A stretch of 53,534 bases of DNA, the filler included, from Catajapyx aquilonaris (lineage: Eukaryota), in the NCBI GenBank assembly GCA_000934665.2. It is 3 parts of 3 records of this genome, joined end to end, with 100 filler letters (N's around TTAATTAATTAA, not from the genome) between each part and the next. Parts side by side here need not be neighbours in the genome. Positions count along the whole stretch, not along the records: positions 1 to 17,792 come from JYFJ02006865.1; 2 more parts are not named here. One strand, written 5' to 3'. Position 1 is the first letter of the stretch; every line of letters starts with the position of its first letter. The notes beneath the pieces were generated by a model. The model searched no databases and had not been told where the DNA came from. It saw only the letters and a program-made list of their open reading frames with translations. Made by a program: the position numbers and the translations under genes. This document shows, one piece after another, positions 1 through 13,764 of the stretch.

Positions 1-343
1 TCTCCCTCTCCCGCCAGGAGGCAACGAGTATGCTCAATTCCATCGCGTCAAAAGGATGGTCACACAAGTCAGTCACTCTGTATTATTTACTCTTGATTAG
101 ATTTATTTAATGCTACCCAACTAGTGAGTGGTTCAACTACGGGGCCATCAAATTGTTGCCTTAATTCGAATAAACGGCGTGTAATTATGGCAGCTTATTC
201 AGATGATAAATTATGGACGGACATTCTCAGAATTCGCTACATAATTTAATGCTAAATATGCCTCACGATATGATAATTAGTAACAGGAATTATTTGAATG
301 AAAATAGACATGGGAAAGACTCATTTAGAACCACACTGTACAC

Positions 344-345
<2 letters not shown>

Positions 346-426
<81 letters not shown>
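346..426. repeat. (TTA)n microsatellite
   Basis: Perfect TTA run; explains the poly-Leu ORF 213..440. Confidence 0.95.
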
Positions 427-3400
427 GAAACCACAGTTGACCAGACGTGAGTAATTAAACTGGACATAGGTTTATTAGTGCTGCTTGGTGTTTAAAAACC
501 GATGACGCAACATTGTTGGCACCATTTTGCCCCTGATGAGTGCAACGAGAGTCCCCAATTGAAAATGATTGTCAGGATTATTTTAGCATCATGGGGGCCA
601 TGACGCCAGATAGTTGGTCCACTCAAAAGACTCGCGAATGCTCCGTACATGCCACTTATGAAGGTACTATAGAACGTTGAGAGCATCCATAGTGCTTATT
701 ATGCACGTGCATGCTACTTGGTGTTGTCACATAGAGCAGGGAGGATGGACTCAGCGATAAACGGCAGCTGGTGTACGCCTCCCAGAACAAATGATAATTA
801 TTGGTTTATTACTGCAATACGGTACTATACAACCCTGCATATACATATACCGTATGTCAGTAAAAGAACACTTTCTATGAACAGTTTGCTACCGATATTT
901 TGTTTTAGAACTTTTAGCTGACATTACGTTTGGACGGTTTGGGTGTGAAAAAAGTGTACACATAAGATTTGGACGTCATTGTTTGAGCAACAGTATATAA
1001 CCTTGCGTGCATACCGAGGTGCATACAGTCCCATTTTTGCACACTTGCATATTAATGAGAAAGCTGAGGCCTTGAGTTACACAAAGTAGTCTGCTGCGTT
1101 GCTGACTATGCTCATCTGACTCAGAATGTCGAAAAGAGGCCGAGGTGTCAAGAGGCAATCGGATCAGCACATTAGAGGCTGCCTCGTCTCTGAACACTAA
1201 TTTGGCAAGGCCAAGCTTGCACTGAATCTACAATAGTCACGTATAAAGCATTGACAAAAGAACTCCTCCTCATCTTCTCTCCGTGTTTTTTTTTTGTGCC
1301 CACCTCGTCCTGAGAGTTCATCGGCGTANCGGCGTACGTACGTGTCGAATGTCAGCATGGAAAGGACGATCTCTGGAGATTGCACGCTATCAAGAGCCTA
1401 GTTCACAATAGAGCCGTGGAAGTCAATTATTCTGGTGGTCTTTTGAAAGCCGGCAAGAGTGCGATACCATGATGATAACAAACAGCGTGAGTCTAGACGC
1501 AGGATGTCTGCATGTTGAATATGCAGTGCTAGACTGTAAGAGAGAACGAGAAGGAAAACTCTGATTAGGCCACTTTCTCCTAAAGGCCAAAGTCCGGAAT
1601 AAATAGGAATAATTACTGCCTGGGAAGAGTAGGCTCCATTTTAGAAACTCATTCTTTCACGTTCAAGCGGTGCAGTCATCATCACGAAGAAGAGGACCTA
1701 ATTTAAGATTTAGACCCGAGAGTGTTGTTTTCTCAAGCATGACTACCGAAGTTCCTCATTATAATTGTGCCCTATTCTCCCCTCAAAGTCCCTTATAGGG
1801 ACATTACAGGGGAAATGAATTTTTTTTTAAATGTGACCTATTCCCTGAGAGGCGTGCTGGGTTATTTTGTATAAAAATCAGAGTATACTACGTATTACGT
1901 AAATACTGTAGGATGAAATAATAACATTGTGGTTATTTTCGCTGAACAAATATCGTACAGAAATTTTTATACCCAACACGAGGAAATAGTTTCAGTGGCT
2001 ATTAATAGCACACCTTGCAAAAATACTTATATCTATATAGGTAGAACATACTATTACGCACATCCTTTGTTATCCTCTGAACGTGTTTGCCATAACAGGA
2101 AGAATGGAGTAAAATAAGCGTACAATACAACATAATAGTGTAACATTGTGCGTTACAGTAATAATGGAAGTGTAGCATTGTCACACCGGCATATCTGGTT
2201 AAGTTTACTTAATTGTTCAGGAGTCCGAAGGTATTCAGATTATCGCCGTTATACGTGCCCAGTGTGGGGTATGATGTGAATCATGTGTTTCATAAACTCC
2301 ATCAATTCTGAGACATGCCCTGCAGGTAGGAAATGAAACACCACGGCATGCACTGAAATCTTGGAATAAAATCTATTCCACTTTTTACATACTCCTAAAG
2401 TCATAGTGATGTACTCTTATTTCCCGCCGCCGGGAAACAGCGAATCACTCGGCTGACGCGCGTCACTCCATCTACTGTAATGCGGCTTAGTTTCTGTTCA
2501 GCATTTGCCCTCTCAACGCATCAAGCACTTGTACAGAAATGACTGCTTTCCTACCTGAGAGATGCATGACGGTTACGGTATTTTCGGTTGTAATCTGTGC
2601 CAGATTATATTTCCGGGAATGTGTAGGAGAAATGAGTGCCAATACCTTCGCATTGTGGTTCTGAACTGATGCAAAAAAAAAAAAAAGTTTAGGTTCTAAA
2701 AGTGGAAATAAAACACAAACAAAATACTGAGCAGAACCAAATAGTCCATTTCCGCGAGAAAGTTCATTGAATTAATTATACTTTGTACTGCTTGAGACAC
2801 ATTTCTCATTACATATTATTATTATTGTCATTTCCACAGGGTGATGCATTGCAACAAGATGATATATGCAGGGGAACGTGATGCGTTGCACGAATGAACT
2901 TTATCAACTCGGATAGCATGATATTGAACTAATATGAAAAAAAACACCATATCAAGCCTATCCATATCTAAAATGTCCTGGCCTATGTTCTTTCACTATT
3001 TTTCACTATTTTTTTTACACATAACCATATACAAGTAATACATGCACATGTAACAGCTGAGTACGCACAGACTTGGTTGCAGTGGTGCCCAAATAACAGG
3101 TGAACACCATTGGGGGGGCAAACAGGTGACCTTTATGCTCACAGACATTACAGTCAAATTGGCGAACATGTGAGATGAACTGCGCCCCTCAGGTGTGGCA
3201 AAGCACTTTTTTTTCCCACCAGCAACGACTCTTTTGACCTCTCTCCTGTGCACAAGAAACTGCAAAGCTTTAGTCTCATATTGATCCAAAGGGAAGCTCA
3301 GCAAGGCAACTTCTCTGCGTCAGGAACAAGTTTCTAAGGAGGAATCTAGCATAGACTACGTGAACTTTCTAGTTACATGTCCGGAAGGCAATAAATGCAG

Positions 3401-5171
3401 GGACCATGCCCTCTATTTTGATTCGCTTTACTTCAAACGCACTTGCTTGTCCTTTATGTCTCCTTGGACTCTACTTGGTGTGATTATGCAGATGCCTTTA
3501 TTGCCTGTTAGAAAAAAAATGAATTTAGCACCAATAGTCATGTAACTTATACTGGTGCGTATGCATAATAAACAGTAGGAAAAAATGGGTGTCACATAAT
3601 ATTGTCAAATATTCACTTCTATAATCACACTTCTGAGAAGTCTGAAATCATATTATGTCATGGGTGAGTTTTGATAGCATGTGACAGGGCCATCAGGTGT
3701 CGGGAAATTAGTATCCGGGCAGAGACGTAGTACTGCAATGTGGTCGTCAGATAACGTAGACATACCAGTTAGGTTCTGGCATGAACCCCCCAAGGCTAGA
3801 TTGGAACGCCGGAGCAGCAGCCAATGACAGGTGGAAGACAAGATTTGAACGGAAGTGAGCCGTGGCAGAGGACACTAGCCATGATTCAATTTTCAATGTG
3901 ATTGGTGTAGTGGAGGCTGAGGGATAACTTGTGCCGGGAACTCGAGACAAAGAGTCTGCTATTGTCACTCACGACAGCAGGGTCGTATCGGAGTAGTGGC
4001 GTATCCTGTGAGAGCCACTATCTGCGTTACATGCCAAATGTGGCTAGTGAATCATATACCGCAGGTAGTGTTACTCACAGGTGGGTGAAATCATAAGTGT
4101 CCGCCATAATATATTTAGAGTCTTACATTATTCAAATAAAAATTTGCAATTAAATGAGGAATTAGTTATGCATCTTGATAAATATCAGGTACCAATAATT
4201 CAAATGTACTGTACAATCAGTACATCATAAATGACACATACAAAGACTCCTACTATGAGTTGATAAAACCGGGCTTTAATCACGTCTGCCACGTTTATGC
4301 ATGGGTGCAAGGCCATTAATGCCCGCATCCGAGTATAGATTTTACCACTCACCAGTCAGAGATAATTATGACCATCATGCGGGTAGTTTTTACGAGCTAC
4401 AGTCACTCGGGGACACAACTCATGACCTCATCATCAGATGGACTAAACCACTTCACCTATAGCCACCGCCCCGTAGATGCAGACATGCAGTGCATTTATC
4501 ACTACGTCGCGTCGCAATATTTATTATCCCAGTTCTAAGCAATGTAGAATGACGTCATACTGCGACAATTGTATAAGCAGCCAGGGCACTCTCCCAGCAT
4601 CTCCACGCTATTTCCACCTTGTGCTGTAGATAACTGAATCGACCATAATTATTGCTAAAGGCTGAAATAATTACATTATGAAATTTTGGAAGGATCCACA
4701 AACAACCTGGAGTGTATCTTATACATTAATGCAGTAGCTCCTTCCATCTGAGTAATTTCTCGAAAGTGCATTTTGGCAAGTATTGAAAGGGTAATTAGCC
4801 TATATACTGATTTCAAGACAAAAATTACATTATTTCCTTGCATATTTTCAGATCAGGATTGTGTTTGTTAATGGAATGTATACAAACACGCAAAAATTAA
4901 AGCCTCCAATGTGACACATTAAAAATGATATATCAACTCTTTGATGAACTGATTTTGTGAACAACAGCACCGGTAACAGCATAATACTTCCCGTAAAAGT
5001 TAACGCCAGCAGGCAAGCTCATCGCCCGTCGCCCTGAAGATAGTGAGAAAAATCAGACTAAATCGAGTTTAATTTGTTTTAAAAAAATGCAAACACTTAT
5101 CCTAACCAGAAATACCGCTAAACATTATCTACAAATCCATAAAGATAAATTTATGTCATAAAAATAAAAAG

Positions 5172-5243
5172 TTCCGGTACCGGGAATCGAACCCGGGCCT
5201 CCCGGGTGAGAGCCGGGTATCCTAACCACTAGACCATACCGGA
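5172..5243 (-). tRNA. tRNA-Glu(CTC)
   Basis: Minus strand reads TCCGGTATGGTCTAGTGGTTAGGATACCCGGCTCTCACCCGGGAGGCCCGGGTTCGATTCCCGGTACCGGAA (72 nt). Acceptor, anticodon and T stems pair, anticodon CTC, A/B boxes intact, T-run Pol III terminator right after. Confidence 0.96.
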
Positions 5244-6150
5244 TCAGGCGAAAGAGTTTGCTTTGTTTGGGTTACTTGAACCTAGCTCCTCCCATTACGG
5301 GCTGACCAGTTACACACGTGGACAGAACCGCGCCGGACTATGAAAGCATAGGCCGTAGTAACGTGCATTATTTAAAACGAAGGCAAAACGAATCACGCGA
5401 TTGTTCCACCTGCACGACACTACTTATTTTGACATGTACCGCCCAGCGCATTGCTCTCGACATTGCGAAACGCACTATGAGGAAATCTGTAGTTGTTTTA
5501 TTAGAGAACGCTGCTAGCTACTCTTATCGTAAGACAAAAGTTCATTATAGCTTATGCTGGGGCCTATAGTGCTCTTGTACTATATTGGTCACTGACTCGG
5601 ACTCTAATCATGCGTAGCGTGGGAGAGAATCTAATGATAAGTGAGCTTCTTTAGAGTGCGTCAAGTTAGCAACAACATATATGTCGCATTTCGACATACA
5701 GTATGATATTATATCGCCTACCGGGAAACAGCGTTGCATTTCACTTACTATGGCAGGAAGGTTTTTGCGTAGCTATTACTTATACCCTGGGGTGCAGAGC
5801 CTATAGAGTAGTTTTTATTAACGCTAATTAACATCAGGAAGAAGTTCAAAGCATAGAGTTTGCGCTGGATCAGTGCTTCCTAATTGTTTGTTCATTGTTG
5901 CGGAAATTGTTCAGGGTGGTAATAGTACCGGGGTGTTAGGGGGCAGGTAAGTTAGCCTATATCAACCCGGGTCTATTCCACACTTTCTTCAAGCTTGCGA
6001 TACCGGTATATTACTTTCCGTATACCTAACAACAACAACAACAACAAATTTAATAAATTTATTTATTTATGATATCCCGTGATATAGGGCGCGCGGAGCC
6101 CGTTTAGGAAGACAGGTCCAAAAGAATACATACAAGTACAACTTCGACCA

Positions 6151-6152
<2 letters not shown>

Positions 6153-6213
<61 letters not shown>
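6153..6213. repeat. (AAT)n microsatellite
   Basis: Perfect AAT run. Confidence 0.95.
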
Positions 6214-6214
<1 letters not shown>

Positions 6215-7010
6215 CGGTATTACTATTAAACAATTGAAAATCAGTAAGTTTGGTTCACATGCAGCATTTTATTTCGCCGTTGATTCATGCAATAAAATTG
6301 CGCACTTGTGACGATATTGAGTCCCGCCCTATCATGTGGCACTGACAGTGACATTAATTCCGAGAGTAGGCTACTTGGGCATTAGTTCGATAGTGGAAAA
6401 AAGAAGGGAAAAAATTTGACATTGATGGCCTTTAAAAAGGCGATATGAGTGTTACGAAATCGGAACTCACTCAGAAAAGCTGTTGAAGGGCAGCAGGACT
6501 GACAGGACTGGCCCCTCCCTTGCCAAAATCTCATTGGTCGATCCAATAATACTATAGGCATACACGAGGTCATAAAGTCACACATCAGAAACTACGTTTT
6601 ATCAGGAAGAGAGGTCGAGCAGTGTTATCAGCTATTGGTCACCGTGCTAATGAAGCCATTGAACAGTGCTTAAGGAATGTATCAAAAGTGAATACATTTT
6701 ACAATGGGCTAACTACATATGACTGCTGGAAAATATTTGATCGGACCCCTCAGTATATATTGATATTGTTTTAATATAAATTGCACGTTGCGCTATTTGC
6801 TACGGATTAGTACGGTAATCTAGTCTGTAGAAATCTGATAGAATCGTGCTCTAAAATAATGGCTTTATGCATTCATCGTGTTCTTTTCGGGGACAAATGC
6901 AAATATTGTCATTCAGTGATTAGCTTTTATTTTAAAATTCATACATGCGAATAATAATATTTAAAACCAATAATGGATTGCAAAATAACAAAATATATAA
7001 AGAAAAAAAA

Positions 7011-7082
7011 TTCCGGTACCGGGAATCGAACCCGAGCCTCCCGGGTGAAAGCCGGGTATCCTAGCCACTAGACCATACCGGA
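7011..7082 (-). tRNA. tRNA-Glu(TTC)
   Basis: 72-nt cloverleaf TCCGGTATGGTCTAGTGGCTAGGATACCCGGCTTTCACCCGGGAGGCTCGGGTTCGATTCCCGGTACCGGAA, anticodon TTC, followed directly by a T8 terminator. Confidence 0.96.
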
Positions 7083-10000
7083 TCAGGCAAGAGAGCGTCT
7101 CTTACAACAGCAGCTTACTTTACTGCCGCTGTTTTCAATTCAATTTCATGGCGCTACCCACACACATGTACAGTCCCCACGAATGTTCAAGGCCAATCAA
7201 AACAGACTATATTGGTGGCATACTAATCAAAACTCAATATCCGTCAAAATTGTGAAAACCAAAGGTGCAGGAGTTATTGCTCAGGCTCTGAACTAAAAAT
7301 AAATAAGGATATAAATTCCACGAAGATCTCATACAGTATAAGGATGACATTTCGGAACCATTAATTTCTGCCCCGAAGTATAGGCTCATCTATTTACGTA
7401 CTAAACCTAGTTCGCTTCTCTCTCCGCTGCGCTGGTCCCATTATCGGAAAAATATTTTCACTGCATTACTGCAAAGACGAGATCTACTAACAGCCCGGAG
7501 CAAATACACTCTCGCTACATTACGTAATTACTTACAGGTCGGGAGCACAAGAAACTCTATACCATCTACCTCAGCAAAAAAAAAAAAAAGTGCATAAACT
7601 CGACTCTAAATGAGGACACTGGTACAGTTGTTAGATTTGAAGCGTCATTATGAAGTTCTTAATTAGCTCAGAAAAATTAAAATATTAAAAAAATTAAACA
7701 AAAAATTCGGGCATATTTGGGTCGATGATTGCGTCACAACATGCATTTTTTTTTTACGCCTTTTACTTTAAAAAGATGAGTTTTCTTAACTTTAAGAGAT
7801 ATAGTCCCTTTCATCTTACAAATTCGAATCGGATTACTTTCCGATCCACAAATTGCAATCGATAAGTGCAAAACTTTGCATGGAGTAGTCATCATCAATA
7901 AAGTAAGCCACAGGATCCCTGTGGGACCTGAAGATGGATAGCACTTTACACCGAGCTTTACACGAAGCCCTCGACGATCGATACTGCTTACAGTTCTCAC
8001 AGAATCTTACACACGGTTTTCTTTATTTTCAGACCAAAATAGACTTCCCGGAAATCGGCTTGGTGTCTCTTTTCCAACTCACTGTAAATGTCGAAATTGC
8101 ATCACAACTTTTGTGTCGCAAGTCAAAATACCTTGTTAAACAGAAAGGCACTCAAGGTACGACCCTTTTACAATGCTGTCTTTCTTAATAGACTCAGGTA
8201 GCCCATCACTTATAAAGGTTGCGACACATATTGGCTTTCAGTTACTGCTGGGGGAGTTGACAAGTGACATTATGTCCACTTTGTAGCACACACACGATAG
8301 TCTTTTTCTGTAATGCTATACTGTAATTTTCGATCCTACCTGCGCACTATATTCTTAGATCATATATATTTTTTGCCCTGCTTTGAAAACATCAGAATGT
8401 TGTTATGGTGCTCTGAGTGCTGACATTCAGTTTCCTTCATCAGTGATGCTTTTTTTCCATTTGATATTGCGTACACTGCTATGGTTTCGAATGTATAGAG
8501 TATAGATTAATTAGCTTGCCTTTTTGAATCTTTTGAATAGACCGGCGCTGAATGTGCGTCCCCCGTTAGGTCCTTGAATTAGCATCCCAGATTTTATTAA
8601 CATGTCCTGCAACCCGATGGATACAAAACACTATTCATGTCTACTAATCTGCGGATAATTAAGTGGACTTAATCGTACCATAATTCTATGTACTAGCGTA
8701 ATGAAAATCATTCATGTCCGACTTGTTCCCAATCAAAAGCTGATATTTTAGGATACGCGGATGACGTCACGGCCGTAGAAAAAAAAGGAAGCAGAAAAAT
8801 AGTTACCGATAGGCGAACCCTTTGATTTGCGTCACATCTCAGTAATGTTTATTGCTTTTCGTAAGGTCCAATGATGGATTACACCCACACACACACACAC
8901 ATAAAAAAAAATCGTCCCACGCATCAAGTGTGTACGTGACAATCGTATGGTTAGGTGATACGTGCATACGTCAGAGAGAAAACTCGCTTTTGCATGGATT
9001 GTTCGTGACATTTTGCGTGTAATACACGCGTGGGATTTTGCGGTTGGGAGAGTTTATTAGGCCCCCTAAAAATTCGCAATCCACTCGCGTCCGGGTATTT
9101 CGGGCAATGCACGTCAGAAACTCAAATTCAAAAATAAACTGCCCCACCCCCAAACAATAATGAAGTGACAAAAACGCGGTCACGTGTACGTCTGCAAATA
9201 GCTGTGCAACAAGGTGTCCCAAAAATATTGCACAGAACAAACTTTTTCACAAAAATATGCCAGCAAAATATGATTCGCTATGTTTCATCTAGCAATAATT
9301 ATCACGCACTGAGAGCTATTTACCTGTTCAACAGCTATTATCTACTTTGGAATTACAAATGTGGATATTATTTTACCTGATGCCTCAAGGTACACTGCCA
9401 TGTGCTAAAACTGTTGCCAGCTCTGTATCACTTTATGAATTAAGTGGCTTTCTGTGCCTTATAATAAGAGACGTCAGTTATAGATTTTGTTTTCCTATTT
9501 ACACAAACCATGTCACGCATTCTCTCTGCCCCATAATGCAGTCAAGCATGGTGGAGAAATCTCATAGATTCAGCCAAGCTGCAATACACGGAAAATATAT
9601 TTCACCACATGCGTGACAAACGCAGGCGATTTTTTGAGCAAGATTATAAACACGGAAATGCAAGAATGTGAAATTTCTGAAAAGTTGCCAGCCAAGTACG
9701 ACAACATATTTGACACTGTATTCGAGCATTCAATCGTTCGTATTGCGTCGCTTCCAAACACGTGCGTCTGGATCGAATAAACATAGTCGTAAATTACCAT
9801 TCGGACGTAAATGACAACCTCCCACGCGTATACACTTATTCTCAAGGTTTCTCAAGACAATATAGCCTACGGGCATTTGGAATAGTTTCTCTGGCGTTTA
9901 AATGTTTCTTCGGGCTATAAATTGCTATTGTATAGTATGTTGCAACAATAATTAAGGGGAGCTATCCTACGAGTGATGAAACTGGTCCAGTATATTTAAA

Positions 10001-11302
10001 AAATGTTACGCCAGAACATTCAATGTTAATCTTAAAATTAATACAAAAAGCATATTTGACGCATTAGATACTGTATTACATATAAAATGTTTATGATGAA
10101 AAAAACCGATTTTATTGCATTTGTTTCAAAAATATAAATCGACAATAGCCTACTGGTACAGTAATGGAGTTCCAGGGGCTTCCAACAAAAACAAAATATA
10201 GTGGGCTGTTATGGTGAAAGTTGTTCAGATCATCAGCCTCATAAAATCATGCTCATGCACTATCCCATCTAGCAAGTACAGTACAGGTATGTATTTACAA
10301 ATTCAAGAAAAAAGTGGGTTTGGTGCATCAACAGCCATTCTGATTTTTTTGTGATCCTGTGTAAGAGGGTACTATAGCCATGATTTGGGTTGAAATCTAG
10401 CTACATATGTAGTGCTTTCAAGCAGTGTGGCAGCTGCAGCCTATACTAGAGGTAGATATTTGGCACTTGGTCTGTATGATCATGTCAGTGTAATACTGGC
10501 ATTTTATTTTCAACTGAAGGTACTGCAATCAATATAGGCACGCAATGAAACATACTTTGACTACCACTTGACACACACACACACACACCATGTCGATCTA
10601 TGAATTGTTTGATCTGTGGTAACAGATTTTGCAAGCCTATGTTGATCTCCCTTACTCCCAAGACTGCCCAAGACTATCCTTTTTATCGCCCAGTCACATC
10701 ACAAATTCTGGGCTGCCAAAAATAAAAATAAAAAATTAGGTGGTGAAACAAGCTAAGGTCACTCGTCATAGGGTCTGGACTATGGTCTAAAACTCTCAAA
10801 ATTGCTCCACTTTAACTGTTTGTAACTTTGAGTAATCCCACCCCTGAACCTGCCATTTGGCAGCTAGTCCTCATCATGCATCTTTCTCCAACATTTCAAG
10901 TGGAACATCTTTGAGCAGTTTCCAAATTGTATTTCCCAAACTTTTTTGATTGCAGCTCATTTAAGCAGGTGGGATATCCCCTGTGGCCCACTCTGACAGC
11001 CACTTATCGCTATAAGAAAATTGTCATTCACCACTAAAATAAGGGATGTGAATTTTTGCTTGCTCTCCTGGCCCACTATAGTGAGCCACAGATCATACTT
11101 CGAGAACTGCTTTAGGATGAGGCTAAAGATGCCTACTGTGGCTGAAAACATGCAATGGCATATCATATGGTTTGGTACTAAAGTGAATATTTAATTTTTA
11201 GCTAGTGCATATTTCTAATGAAGATTTAAAATAAAACGGGTTTTTCCTCACAGGTTCCTTCTAATATGATATTATTGAGCCAATGAGGTGATAAGGCCAA
11301 TA

Positions 11303-11486
11303 CAGTTGACTCCGGATATAACAGCCTTGTCTACTATATCAGATTCTTGCTTATAGCAGACTCGAAAGGTTGGTCCTGGCATACTTCCATAATTTATATG
11401 GCCTGTGTATTTGGCTGTAACAGACCTCGCTTATAACAGACTGAGTTCCGTGGTCCCTTGAAGTTTGTTATATCCGGAGTCTACTG
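11303..11486. mobile_element. Tc1/mariner-type MITE
   Basis: TIR CAGTTGACTCCGGATATAACA / TGTTATATCCGGAGTCTACTG, with TA on both sides. Confidence 0.8.
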
Positions 11487-12002
11487 TAATTGTAATAAAG
11501 GATTAATTGAATAATTGGATACCGTCTGATAGGCCTATTTGGGTCTTTCAGGGGATTTCCTTTAATTGATTGGACTTCCATTGCTGTACTGTTGACGAAT
11601 TTTGAAAGTGAGAGGAAATAAAAGAACCCTGAGAAAACCCACATAAACATGAAGATAACACATTGAAAATCTTCTGTCCAACTCAGGGATGGCCTAGACT
11701 CATAGAGTATGGAGGGCCTCAGAGATGGAAAGCTGTGGAATTACACCATTGTGCCACCCTGATATAATGCTAATCAACAAGACATTTTAAAGCAGCAACA
11801 AAAGGCAACTGGAACAAAACCAATGATTCATAAGAGTTAGCCTGTAATATTACTGTACCAACCCTAGCAATGGGTGGGGATGTAATAACACTGGATATTT
11901 TTCTTTTTATTAACGTGATATATTTAATACTCCCAACACACGTTGCAAAACAAGATACATACAGGTACTGTACGTGACATTATAAAATGTGCTCACAAAT
12001 AA

Positions 12003-12284
12003 CCCTGGAACCGTGAAGTGGGGTCTTCTAGGACCCCAAAGGAATTAAAATTCATTATAATGATAATTACAATGAACTTTTGCAATTAAAAAAAGTATAT
12101 AACAGGAAGTGCATGTTTATTTTGAATTAGCGATCATTTTAGGCATTGTTCAAAGAATGATTGCATATACTCAATACATTGAAAAGTACTATATAAAAAT
12201 TAATAAAAATTAAAATACGGATGGGGTCCAAAAAGACCACACGTCACGGTTGCCGTAACTTTCAGGCACGCCACAGTTCCAGGG
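12003..12284. mobile_element. piggyBac-like MITE
   Basis: Termini CCCTGGAAC...GTTCCAGGG, flanked by ATAA (left) and TTAA (right). Inner inverted segments GTGGGGTCTTCTAGGACCCCA / TGGGGTCCAAAAAGACCACAC. Confidence 0.65.
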
Positions 12285-12291
12285 TTAAAGT

Positions 12292-12641
12292 TTTTTGTTT
12301 TGTTTTGTTTCGTTTACCCGTGATGTCCCTTACGGGAACTATAGGGGGGTGGCACAACACCATCAGTTTTCTATTATTTTCCAGCTTCATTCTCCAGGTG
12401 CAAGGAAACAAGGGCATCTGGAAAGGATAGGGATTGTTGGGGAGGGAACATGGGTGCAAGTGCAATGTCAAGCGTTGGGCCATGTGCTGTTCCCCAGGAG
12501 GTTAGGTTGCCAGACACCTCCAAGTTGCAGGTCAAAGACCCTCCCGACGCAGGCGAAAGGTAGCTCCCAGGCGGGGATCGAACCTGGGACCTTTCACTCA
12601 GCAAGCCGAGACGTTACCATCTCGGCCACCGCACCTCCCCT
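12292..12641 (-). mobile_element. tRNA-derived SINE with TSD
   Basis: Minus-strand head GGGGAGGTGCGGTGGCCGAGATGG (A box)...GGTTCGATCCC (B box) and an (AAAAC)n tail. Flanked by 16-bp direct repeat GTTCCAGGGTT[A/G]AAGT at 12276-12291 and 12642-12657. Confidence 0.85.
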
Positions 12642-13035
12642 GTTCCAGGGTTGAAGTATGATTACCCAAGGATAAGCATTAATATGTGCTGCATGTACAA
12701 TAGGTCTAGTGCAAATGGTTAATAATAATGATTTGGCAAATGTTTCCCAACTGGATCAAAGACTACTCAATTGCAAACTGAACAATATTATTCCTTACAG
12801 CAGCGCCATTAATATTTAAAAAAAAAACACATAATGTATTCATATCAGCAATGATTTTCCTGCTTCTGCAGTTTGACTCCCTTCCTCCACCTTCCAATAA
12901 ATTATTGTCAATTAAGAATGTGTAATCCATTAATAGCTGCAGTGCTTGTGCCTGGCACTGATATAGATTTGTGCCACAGGCCTGATATGAAAAACATGCC
13001 ATTTTATTGCAGCTTAGATCTAATCTAACAAGGGA

Positions 13036-13674
13036 AGTGTAAGTGTTGTCCGTGGAGTTTCTGAATGAAACTTGGGACAATAATATAGGCAGGTAAGTTA
13101 TTAAAGAAAATGCAAACAATTTAGGCGGATACCCACAAGGTCAAAAGTTATGATCTCTCGAACTCACAAGGGACACTTTCCAAGGTCTCGCAGATTTTCT
13201 TGAAATTCGGTACATTGGTCGGCCACCCCAAAGGATGAAAAACGCACCTAACGTGACCTGCTCAAAATGACCAGGTGACCCCTTTTTGGGGGGCAGAGGT
13301 CAACTCTTAAATGCCGAAAACTCACCCATTTTCTTGAAATTCGGTGCATTGGTAGCCCCCAAAAAGGGGTCACTGGGTCATATTGAGCAGGTCACTTTAT
13401 GTGCGTTTTTCATCCCTTGGGGTGGCCTACCAATGTACCGAATTTCAAGAAAATCGGTGAGACCTTGGAAAGTGTCCCTTGTGAGTTCGAGAGGTCATAA
13501 CTTTTGACCTTGTGGGCATCCGCCTAAATTGTTTGCATTTTCTTTAATAACTTACCCTTCCCTCCCTGCGAGAAAGAGGCAGGGAGGTAAATAAATGAAT
13601 TGAATTGAATAACTTACCCGCCTATATTATTGTGCCAAGTTTCATTCAGAAACTCCACGGACAACACTTACACT
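13036..13674. mobile_element. long palindromic (foldback) non-autonomous element
   Basis: Arms of about 255 bp (13036-13292 and 13356-13674) are close reverse complements around a short spacer. The right arm is interrupted by a 50-bp insertion. Confidence 0.88.
13558..13607 (+). mobile_element. 5'-truncated retroposon 3' end (stem-loop plus short-repeat tail)
   Basis: Insert absent from the left arm and flanked by 12-bp duplication AATAACTTACCC (13546-13557, 13608-13619). Contains CTCCCTGC/GCAGGGAG stem and TGAATTGAATTG tail. Confidence 0.7.
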
Positions 13675-13764
13675 GCTGCTGCAAAAAAATATATTTTATG
13701 CCAGACAGCATATGCACTGCGCAATTTTCATAAAAAGTAAAAATGTAGCAACGTGCACTTCACA

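Noticed and set aside
213..440. Poly-Leu ORF (and poly-Y/N/V/T ORFs at 37981-38333, 38933-39250, 40401-40763)
   Set aside because: Homopolymeric runs are translations of trinucleotide microsatellites. Only the ACSF2 exon parts are real.
3653..3968. ORFs with ADSLSR (resembles the Gypsy ADALSR motif)
   Set aside because: No flanking RNase H or integrase motifs and no LTRs; a single short match.
12570..12640. tRNA-like sequence
   Set aside because: Has A/B boxes but no acceptor stem, and continues into a body, tail and TSD. It is a SINE head.
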